DNA of 40,950 bases from Candidatus Xenobia bacterium (GTDB lineage Bacteria; Vulcanimicrobiota; Xenobia; Xenobiales; QWHO01), in contig BTUM01000071.1 of assembly GCA_045863235.1 (NCBI GenBank), forward strand, positions 1 through 40,950, given 5' to 3'. Position numbers and translations under genes: made by a program. Positions within the stretch are counted from its first letter, which is position 1. The number at the start of each line of letters is the position of its first letter. Below the pieces are notes generated by a model. That model saw only the letters and a program-made list of their open reading frames with translations. It was not told the origin of the DNA and ran no database searches. Shown one piece after another: positions 33,837-40,950 of this stretch.

Positions 33837-36800
33837 ATGGAGATCCGTCCCACCGGACCGGTGCGCGCCAGCGCGCCCGGCGAGAGCAAGGTCGTCGAGC
33901 AGTTGGTCCGCGATGTCGTCGAGGCGGGAGCCGAAGTCACGGCGCCGCGCTGGTGGCTGCCCTTCTGGCCGCGCCGCGTGGAGCCCGAAGAGGTGGCCGA
34001 GCAGCTGCCCGAGGGCAAGCTGCGCATCCAGCTGCCCGGCCAGAGCCCGCTCCCCCTCAAGTGCCAGCAAGATCTCGAGGAAGCGGCCATCTTTCAGCGG
34101 CTCAAGCCGGCTCCGCCTGGCTCGCCGGCCGAGCAGTTGCTGGCCCTGGAGGGTGACGGCTGGCAGTTCGCCGACGACCAGGGCCGCAAACTTGGACCCT
34201 ACGGGGCCTACAACGCGCTCACTGATCCTGCCCACGGCCTGACCGGACTCGTAGCCCACAACCACAACGGAGCCGTGCCGCTCGAAAGCGAGCTGAAGCT
34301 GGGCGAGTTGCACCGGTTCCGCGGCACCGAGTCGGCCCGCTTGGAGGCCGAGGGGTGGGAGTTCTTCGACGAGCAGGGCCGCCCCCAGCCGGCTCTGAGC
34401 GCCAGCCAGATCGGAAGAGACAGGGAGCCCTGGATCGAGGCCGGCGACCCGGCCACCCGGCGCGAGCGCCTCGACCGGTTCGCCGCCCGGCTCGAGAAGG
34501 TGGACGGTGAGGTGGAGCTGGTGCGGCGCTTCGAACGCCACCCGGGCGACCTCCAGACCCTGCTGCAGGGGATGAAGGGGGATCGGCGGCGTGCCCTGGC
34601 GCGCCTTGCGCTGAGCGAGATGGCCCCCATGCAGGATGCGCGCCAGGCCGGCGCCGACGTCGAGCTGCAGGGTCTGTGGCTGGAGGCGGCCGCCGAGAAG
34701 GACTCCGGGGCCCGGGTGGCGCTCGAGGTGCACCGCCGGCTGGACTTTGCCCGCGAGCCCGCCTGGCAGGCGGCCCTGGCCGGCGGCGACGGTCTGGCCG
34801 TGGCCCGCACGCTTTCCCGCGATCTGGACAAGCTCCAGGCCGAGCGTCGCACACCGCTCTGTCAAGCCATTCTGGAGGGGCTGACCGACGTGAGCGCCGC
34901 CCGGGCCGCAAGCACCTGGCAGACGAGCGACCCAGCTTCTTGCCTCAAGAAGCTCCTCTCCGAGCCTTCCATCGACCCGGCTCGCCTCGCTCGCGAGAGC
35001 CTTCCGCGCTACGACGCTGCCGCCCAGCGCCGGGCGATGGCTCCCGGGCCGCTGCTCGAGCTGCACGAGCAGCTCAAGGACGTGGATGCCTACCATGCCG
35101 TCTTCCAACTCGCCACCCACAATCCCACCGACCCGGTGCAGCTGTGCGGCTCCCTGGTCAAGACCCTGGAGGGCCGCTCGGTGGACCACGAGGATCGCGT
35201 GGTCCTGGGCAACTTCCTGCTCGATCGATTGAGCCAGTCTCCCTCCCACCAGCGCGCCGCCGCCGTCGTCCGGAGCTGGCATGGCCGCGACCCCTATCAA
35301 GCAGCCGTCATCGCTCTTGAGCAGCCGAATGCGAGTGATGCAGACCTGGCGCTCCAGGGCATCACCCGCTGGGACACGGCCAGCCAGCAACGTTTCCTTG
35401 GACAGCTGAAGGGTCCGCTCTCGCCCTCCCTGCTCGCGCTGCACAAGCAGCTCAAGGACGTGGATGCCTACCATGCTCTCTTCCAGCTGGCCTGTCAGAG
35501 CCCGACCGACCCGGTGCAGCTCAGTCGCGACCTGGTCAGCAGTCTGGAGGGCCGTTCGGTGGACCACGAGGATCGAGTCGTCCTGGGCAACTGGATGCTC
35601 GATCGGCTGAGCGAGACTTCTTCCCATCAGAGAGCCGCCTCCACCATCCGCCAGTGGCAGACCAGGGACCCGTACCAGGCCGCCGTGATCGCCCTGCAGA
35701 GCCCCACCGCCAGCGACCAGGAGCTGGCCCTGCAGGGCATCACCCGCTGGGATACCGCCGGCCAGCGCCGCTTCCTGTCTCAACTGCAGGGCCCGCTGGC
35801 CCCCTCGCTGCTCGAGCTACACAGCAAGCTCCAGGACGTGGACGCTTACCACGCGGTCTTTCAGCTGGCCTGCCAGAATCCGACGGACCCGGTCAAGCTC
35901 TCGCGCACCCTGGTCAGCACCCTGGAGGGCCGCTCGGTGGACCACGAGGACCGGGTGGTGCTGGGCAATTGGATGCTTGACCGCCTGAGTGAGGCTCCTT
36001 CGCACCAGCGCGCCGCCGATACCATCCGCCAGTGGCAGGCCCGCGACCCCTACCAGGCGGCGGTGATCGCCCTGCAGAGCCCCACCGCCACTGATCACGA
36101 GCTGGCCCTGCAGGGCATCACCCGCTGGGATACCGCCGGCCAGCGCCGCTTCCTGTCTCAACTGCAGGGCCCGCTGACCCCCTCGCTGCTCGACCTGCAC
36201 AACAAGCTCCAGGACGTGGACGCCTATCACGCGGTCTTTCAGCTGGCCTGCCAGAGCCCCACCGACCCGGTGCAGCTCTGCGGCGCATTGGTTCAGTCCC
36301 TCGAGGGCCGTTCGGTGGACCACGAGGACCGGATCGTGCTGGGCAACTTCATGCTCGATCGCCTGAGTCAGGCTCCCTCTCACCAGCGCGCCGTCGGCAT
36401 CATCCGTCAGTGGCAAACCCGCGACCCCTACCAGGCGGCGGTGATCGCCCTGCAGAGCCCCACCGCCAGCGCTCACGAGCTGGCCCTGCAGGGCATCACC
36501 CGCTGGGATACCGCCGGCCAGCGCCGCTTCCTGTCTCAACTGCAGGGCCCGCTGACCCCCTCGCTGCTCGACCTGCACAACAAGCTCCAGGACGTGGACG
36601 CCTATCACGCGGTCTTCCAGCTGGCCTGCCAGGGCCCGGCCGACCCGGTTCAGTTCTCGCGCGAGCTGGTGAAGACCCTGGAGGGGCGCTCGGTGGACCA
36701 AGAGGACCGGGTGGTGCTGGGCAACTTCATGCTCGATCGCCTGAGTCACCTGGGCCCGGCCCGGGCGGTGCGCCGCTGGCAGGTGCGCGACCCCTACCAG

Positions 36801-37658
36801 GCCGCCAGTGTGGTGCTCCAGCATCCCAAGGCCAACGATTCCGTCATCGCACGGCAGGCGATCTCGCGCTGGGATGCGGCCGGGCAGCGCCTCTTCATGG
36901 CCGAGCAGACCGGGCCCATGGCTGGCTCCTTGCTCGAGTTGCACAAGAGTCTCAAAGACCCAGACTGCTACCACGCCGTTTTCGAGCTCGCCGCCCAGGA
37001 CCCCCAGGCGGCAACCGGCGGCGAGCGCGCTGGAGCCCTGGCGGGTCTGTTCGGCTCCATGGCGGGTCGCTCGGTGGAGCACGAGGACCGGGTGACGCTG
37101 GGCCACTGGGTGCTCGACCAGCTGGCGGGGCAACCGGACACCCGCCCGGCGGCCGAGGCGCTGCGCTTCTGGAACGTGCGCGACCCCTACAACGCCGCCA
37201 GCGCCCTGTGCGACCATCCCTCCCTGAGCACGCCGCAGGAGCTGGACGCCCTGGCGCTGGCCGCCATCGGCACCTGGGACGTGGAGGCGCAGGCGCGCCA
37301 CCTCCAGCAGTTGCTCGCCCGTCCCGGGGCCCCCCCCTGGCTGGGCCGGGTGGCCGAGCTGCACGGCAAGCTCGGTGACTCCAAAGCCCGGGGTGCTGTC
37401 TGGAGCCTGGCTGCCCAGGGCAGCGCCGGCAACCTGCAAGAGATCGCCGACCGCCTGGGTCAGCTCAACTTGAGCTGGGAGGACGGCCAGGTGCTCCAGA
37501 GTCTGCTGGCCGAGATCAAGGCCGAGCTCGAGACGCGCAAACTGGTCGCCGGTTTTCAGGAGAAGAACCAGGCCATCGCCGTGGAGCAGGATCGCGTGCT
37601 GGTGGGGGGAGTGGTCATCCGGCGCAAGTCCGAGCCCACCCCGGAGGCCAGCGGATAG
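33837..37658 (+). CDS. 1273-aa modular protein: novel N-terminal domain, 126-aa helical tandem repeats, conserved C-terminal motif
   Basis: Repeats LHxxLxDVDAYHAVFQLA...LEGRSVDHEDRVVLGN...DPYQAAV...ITRWD; ends IAVEQDRVLVGGVVIRRKSEPTPEASG; no signal peptide. Confidence 0.85.
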   Translation: MEIRPTGPVRASAPGESKVVEQLVRDVVEAGAEVTAPRWWLPFWPRRVEPEEVAEQLPEGKLRIQLPGQSPLPLKCQQDLEEAAIFQRLKPAPPGSPAEQLLALEGDGWQFADDQGRKLGPYGAYNALTDPAHGLTGLVAHNHNGAVPLESELKLGELHRFRGTESARLEAEGWEFFDEQGRPQPALSASQIGRDREPWIEAGDPATRRERLDRFAARLEKVDGEVELVRRFERHPGDLQTLLQGMKGDRRRALARLALSEMAPMQDARQAGADVELQGLWLEAAAEKDSGARVALEVHRRLDFAREPAWQAALAGGDGLAVARTLSRDLDKLQAERRTPLCQAILEGLTDVSAARAASTWQTSDPASCLKKLLSEPSIDPARLARESLPRYDAAAQRRAMAPGPLLELHEQLKDVDAYHAVFQLATHNPTDPVQLCGSLVKTLEGRSVDHEDRVVLGNFLLDRLSQSPSHQRAAAVVRSWHGRDPYQAAVIALEQPNASDADLALQGITRWDTASQQRFLGQLKGPLSPSLLALHKQLKDVDAYHALFQLACQSPTDPVQLSRDLVSSLEGRSVDHEDRVVLGNWMLDRLSETSSHQRAASTIRQWQTRDPYQAAVIALQSPTASDQELALQGITRWDTAGQRRFLSQLQGPLAPSLLELHSKLQDVDAYHAVFQLACQNPTDPVKLSRTLVSTLEGRSVDHEDRVVLGNWMLDRLSEAPSHQRAADTIRQWQARDPYQAAVIALQSPTATDHELALQGITRWDTAGQRRFLSQLQGPLTPSLLDLHNKLQDVDAYHAVFQLACQSPTDPVQLCGALVQSLEGRSVDHEDRIVLGNFMLDRLSQAPSHQRAVGIIRQWQTRDPYQAAVIALQSPTASAHELALQGITRWDTAGQRRFLSQLQGPLTPSLLDLHNKLQDVDAYHAVFQLACQGPADPVQFSRELVKTLEGRSVDQEDRVVLGNFMLDRLSHLGPARAVRRWQVRDPYQAASVVLQHPKANDSVIARQAISRWDAAGQRLFMAEQTGPMAGSLLELHKSLKDPDCYHAVFELAAQDPQAATGGERAGALAGLFGSMAGRSVEHEDRVTLGHWVLDQLAGQPDTRPAAEALRFWNVRDPYNAASALCDHPSLSTPQELDALALAAIGTWDVEAQARHLQQLLARPGAPPWLGRVAELHGKLGDSKARGAVWSLAAQGSAGNLQEIADRLGQLNLSWEDGQVLQSLLAEIKAELETRKLVAGFQEKNQAIAVEQDRVLVGGVVIRRKSEPTPEASG
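35052..37420 (+). repeat. Intragenic 378-bp tandem repeat (5 exact-period units plus 2 degenerate)
   Basis: The first Asp codon of DVDAYH recurs at 35079, 35457, 35835, 36213, 36591 (period 378), then degenerate at 36957 and 37377. Confidence 0.93.
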
Positions 37659-37729
37659 GCTCCCGGAGCGATCGGGCCAGCCCTCCGGAGCTGGCACAAG
37701 GCTGTGCACCGGAGTGCCGTTCAAAAAAC

Positions 37730-38629
37730 CTACTGCTCGAGCGAGGCCCCGAATCCGAAGTCGTCGATGAACTGCGACGGGTCGGCCGGCAGCGTCTGGC
37801 CCGGCGACCAGCTGCCGTAGCTCGGGTTGGGGAGCACGTACCACTCGGTGCCCCAGCGCGCCCGGTTCTGCTCGACCAGCTCGTAGCGATCGGCTACGGG
37901 CTCGGATCCCTTGACGTAGGTCACGAAGTCCGCCAGGTCGTCCCCGAAGTAGCCTACCACCGCGTTCTCGAGCTGCACCTGGATGCGCCGCCGCTCCTTG
38001 GCTCCCTGGCTGCGGGTCAGCGCGTCACCCAATCCCCAGCGCTCAGCCGCTGCAGCGTCGGCTGGCTTGTCCTCGAGCAGCAGCCGCTCGGGGCCAGGTC
38101 GACTCACCCCCAGTTGCTCGAGCACCGAAGCGGTCGACTCCTGGCCGCTGGAAGGCCGGTTGGAGATGTAGAACACCTTCACCCCGCGCGCCTCGGCGTG
38201 GCGGATGAAGTCGAGGGCCCCGGGCACCGAGCGGCGGGCCCGAGCCTCGCGTGCCTGGTAGTCGAGCCAGGCGCTCCAGGTGGCCGGCTTGAAGCTCTGG
38301 CTGCTCAAGTACAAGAAGGCCTGATAGCCGCCGTTGTCGATGACCGTCTCATCCAGGTCCATGATCACGGCCATGGGGCGCTCGCGCCAGCAGGGACGAC
38401 CGTCCACCAGCACCTTCTCGCGCACCACCGGGCTACCCCCGTTGAGGGCCAGACGCTGGTCCAGGTCCAGGGTGGCAGTGCGGTAGGCCTGCAGGCAGAG
38501 GGCGCGGTATTCGGCCGAGTTCTGCATCCAGAGGCCGGCCAGCAGGGCGGTGCGGTTTGGGTTCTCCTGGGCTGCCAGGCCCAGCGTCAGGGTGAGCGCC
38601 AGAAGGATACCAACAACGGTGCGTTTCAC
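37730..38629 (-). CDS. 5'-nucleotidase / acid phosphatase, e(P4)-like HAD family
   Basis: W.Q.SAEYRALCLQAY, MDLDETVIDN, YISNR, FGDDLADF, LPNPSYGSW; signal peptide. Confidence 0.9.
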   Translation of the reverse strand: MKRTVVGILLALTLTLGLAAQENPNRTALLAGLWMQNSAEYRALCLQAYRTATLDLDQRLALNGGSPVVREKVLVDGRPCWRERPMAVIMDLDETVIDNGGYQAFLYLSSQSFKPATWSAWLDYQAREARARRSVPGALDFIRHAEARGVKVFYISNRPSSGQESTASVLEQLGVSRPGPERLLLEDKPADAAAAERWGLGDALTRSQGAKERRRIQVQLENAVVGYFGDDLADFVTYVKGSEPVADRYELVEQNRARWGTEWYVLPNPSYGSWSPGQTLPADPSQFIDDFGFGASLEQ

Positions 38630-38725
38630 GGGGCGCGGGTTCGGGCTTCGGGCATCCCGCTCCTGTCGTCGCTGAAGCCTGTCGCCCGCCCCTGTCGTCC
38701 CGTCGACCGCTGTCGTATGCCGAAG

Positions 38726-39046
38726 TTATCGGCCCTGGACTCGCGGGCAGGGCACCTCGGTCGAGGTGCCTCGGGCCTTGAGCAGGGCGTCACGCCCTCG
38801 GCCGGTCAGCCGCCAGACCGGCAGAAAGGGCGCTTCCTCCCCTTTGGCCGGGCAGAGGCGCTGCAGGCTGCAACTGCCGCAGCCGGTGCCGCAGGTGGGC
38901 GAGCGATCGTAGGCCTTGCCCACATAGCCGCGGGCGCCCAGCAGCGAAAGCAGGCCCTCCACCGCTTGCTCGTCGGTCTTGAGCTCGCCAGAAAGCTCGG
39001 CAGTGGTACGGGGTCGTTCCAGCAGGGCCAGGAGCTGCTCGGTCAC
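38726..39046 (-). CDS. feoC: FeoC-like winged-helix Fe-S protein
   Basis: wHTH-like N-terminus, then CGTGCGSCSLQRLC; GTGA overlap with the feoB stop. Confidence 0.7.
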   Translation of the reverse strand: MTEQLLALLERPRTTAELSGELKTDEQAVEGLLSLLGARGYVGKAYDRSPTCGTGCGSCSLQRLCPAKGEEAPFLPVWRLTGRGRDALLKARGTSTEVPCPRVQGR

Positions 39047-40950
39047 GGCCACACCAGGTAGGCCACCAGGCCCAGCGCATAGGCGACCAGAAGCTGGTAG
39101 AACACCGTGAAGGCTGCCCAGCGGCGCCCGAACTCCTGGCGGATGGCGGACACAGTGGCCACGCAGGGCGTGTAGAGCAACAAGAAGACCAGGTAGGCCA
39201 TCGCTCCGGCGGGAGCGATGCTGCTGCCCAGCGCTCCGGCCAGCCCGTCGGGCGCTTCCGGAGCTGGCGGGGCCAGCTGGGGCAGCCCGAACATGGCCGG
39301 GATGGCGTTGAGGAAAGCCCAGCAGGCGGTCAAGAAGCTCTGGGCCAGCTGCTGCAGCCCCTCCATCAGGCTCAGGGCGGCAACCGGCTCAGCGCCCAGG
39401 TAGCTCACTCCCAGGGTGCCGATCACCACCTCCTTGGCGATGAAGCCCGGGATCAGGGCCCCCACCAGGCGCCAGTCGACGATTCCCAGAGGGGCGAACA
39501 CCGGCACCAGAAGCTGGGAGAGCTGGGCATACAGGCTGTTGTCGGGCCTTCCCCCGCCCACGTTGAGCAGCAGCCAGACCACCAGTACGGTGACGGTGAT
39601 CGAGCCCCCTGCTCCCTTGATGAAGGCGAAGGTGCGCATCCAGGCCTGGCGCAGTGTCAATCCCAGGGTGGGCATTCGGTAGGCGGGCAGCTCCATGGCA
39701 CCGCTGGAATGGCTCCTGGGAGAGAGCTTGCCCAGCACGGCGGCGGTCACGAGACCCGTGGCCAGTCCCAGCAGGTAAAGCCCGAACACGACAGCCGTGG
39801 CGTGGGCCGGGAAAAAGACGGCGGCAAAGAGCACGAAGACCGCCAGGCGGGCGCTGCAGGCGGTGAAGGGAATGGCCAGCGCCACCCGCAGGCGGTCGTT
39901 GAAATCTTCCATGGTGCGGGTGGCGTAGATAGCCGGCACGTTGCAGCCAAAGCCCAGCATCAAGGGGATGAAGCCCCGTCCGGGCAGGCCGGCCCAGTGC
40001 ATCACCCGGTCGGCGATGAAGGCCGCTCGCGAGAGGAAGCCGCTCGACTCGGCAAAGCTCATGGCCAGGTAGAGGAAGAAGAGCACGGGCGCAAAGGCCA
40101 TCACCGTGCCTACGCCGCCGATCAGTCCGTCGGCCAGGAACGACTGCACGATGGGGGGCAACGAGCTGCCCGCCACCCAACCTGCCAGCACGGCCTGCAC
40201 TGCGCCCACGAACTCGATCCAGGGGTCGGAGAAGAGGAACGTAAAGCGGAACACCAGCAGCATCCCGGCCAGAAAGAGCGGTAGGCCCAGCCACGGGTGC
40301 AGCAGCCAGCGGTCGATCTTTTCGGTCAGCTGGGGAGGGGCTTGCTGACGGTCGAGCACGCGCTGCGACAGCTCGTGGGCGGTGCGGTAGCGCTGGCCGG
40401 CGATCTCCAGGAAGGGGTCCATCCCTTCGGCCTCCAGCTTCTGGCGCAGCGCTTCGGCCCTCAGAGCGACGTCGGGAGGCAGCTTGATGGTCTCGCCCGA
40501 GAGGGCGGCCAGGGCCAGCCAGCGGCGCTCGGGAGCTGCTTCCAACAGGGCGCTCAGCTCTTCCACGGCGGCTTCGATAGAGGGCTGGTAGGAGACCATG
40601 GGACGGGCCGCGGGCGTCTCGCCCAGGGTTTTCTCGCACAATTCGGCGATGCCCTCGCTTTTGGAGGCCACCAGAGGCACCACCGGCACCCCCAGCGCCT
40701 GGGTGAGCGTGGTTGCGTCTATGGTGAGGCCCTTGGCGCGCGCTTCATCCACCAGGTTGAGGGCCACCACCACGGGCAGACCCATCTCGGCCAGCTCCAG
40801 GGTGAGGTAGAGATTGCGCTCGAGGTTGCCGGCGTCCACCACGTTGACCACCACGTCGGGATGCAGAGCCAGCAACTCGTCGCGGGCGATCTTCTCCTCG
40901 GGAGTGGTGGCGGCCAGGCTGTAAGAACCGGGCAGGTCGACGATCTCGAC
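39043..40950 (-). CDS. feoB: Ferrous iron transporter B (5'-truncated by the window edge)
   Basis: Frame open to 40950: VEIVDLPGSYSL, VVDAGNLERNLYL, ALNLVD, LGFGCNVPAI, CSARL, MELPAY, AKEVV, LYTPCVAT. Confidence 0.97.
   Translation of the reverse strand, partial: VEIVDLPGSYSLAATTPEEKIARDELLALHPDVVVNVVDAGNLERNLYLTLELAEMGLPVVVALNLVDEARAKGLTIDATTLTQALGVPVVPLVASKSEGIAELCEKTLGETPAARPMVSYQPSIEAAVEELSALLEAAPERRWLALAALSGETIKLPPDVALRAEALRQKLEAEGMDPFLEIAGQRYRTAHELSQRVLDRQQAPPQLTEKIDRWLLHPWLGLPLFLAGMLLVFRFTFLFSDPWIEFVGAVQAVLAGWVAGSSLPPIVQSFLADGLIGGVGTVMAFAPVLFFLYLAMSFAESSGFLSRAAFIADRVMHWAGLPGRGFIPLMLGFGCNVPAIYATRTMEDFNDRLRVALAIPFTACSARLAVFVLFAAVFFPAHATAVVFGLYLLGLATGLVTAAVLGKLSPRSHSSGAMELPAYRMPTLGLTLRQAWMRTFAFIKGAGGSITVTVLVVWLLLNVGGGRPDNSLYAQLSQLLVPVFAPLGIVDWRLVGALIPGFIAKEVVIGTLGVSYLGAEPVAALSLMEGLQQLAQSFLTACWAFLNAIPAMFGLPQLAPPAPEAPDGLAGALGSSIAPAGAMAYLVFLLLYTPCVATVSAIRQEFGRRWAAFTVFYQLLVAYALGLVAYLVWP

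Noticed and set aside
35052..36950. Near-identical repeats as a diversity-generating retroelement TR/VR pair
   Set aside because: They are in-frame tandem coding repeats, differences are not obviously adenine-specific, and no reverse transcriptase is in the window.
38662..38715. Four CTGTCG direct repeats as an operator array
   Set aside because: Short, GC-rich and irregularly spaced (16, 13, 18 bp); compatible with chance.

Overview
GC-rich bacterial chromosomal window with no rRNA, tRNA, CRISPR array or recognisable transposase/integrase. It opens with a palindromic 64-bp tandem repeat and a Rex-like operator ahead of a stand-alone nuoIJKLMN block, and ends in a truncated feoB-feoC pair. 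Recognisable genes in between: a DUF3352-like protein, zinc-ribbon/DUF697 protein, YprB/MrfB-like exonuclease, TIGR04552-like RelA/SpoT-fold protein, DUF4337, clan GH-A glycosidase, type IV pilin/pseudopilin, DUF1254/DUF1214, VOC protein, F420-dependent nitroreductase-like protein, lipoprotein lipase and e(P4)-type acid phosphatase. The main discovery candidate is a dispersed family of large, signal-peptide-less proteins (17466-20036, 22456-26436, 33837-37658) plus an orphan fragment (29546-29671). All four end in the same ungapped 18-aa motif ([IV]-x6-[LV][VIL][IV]G[GS]V[RV][IVL]x[KR][KR]). Two of them also share a novel ~110-aa N-terminal domain around different repeat cores. Two of them and the glycosidase share a TTTC-N12-TAnnnT-N6/7-ATG leaderless-promoter signature. 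One is translationally coupled to three paralogous small Gly-rich membrane proteins, and another is followed by a pilin. Together this suggests an undescribed, co-regulated export/effector system (inference). Other oddities: an orphan tandem NrdR-box-like pair, a FUS-like prion-like protein and an almost Arg-free lipase. The lineage may be Ca. Eremiobacterota/Vulcanimicrobiota-like, but this is a low-confidence impression from recalled protein styles. All family names come from motif recognition, not database searches.
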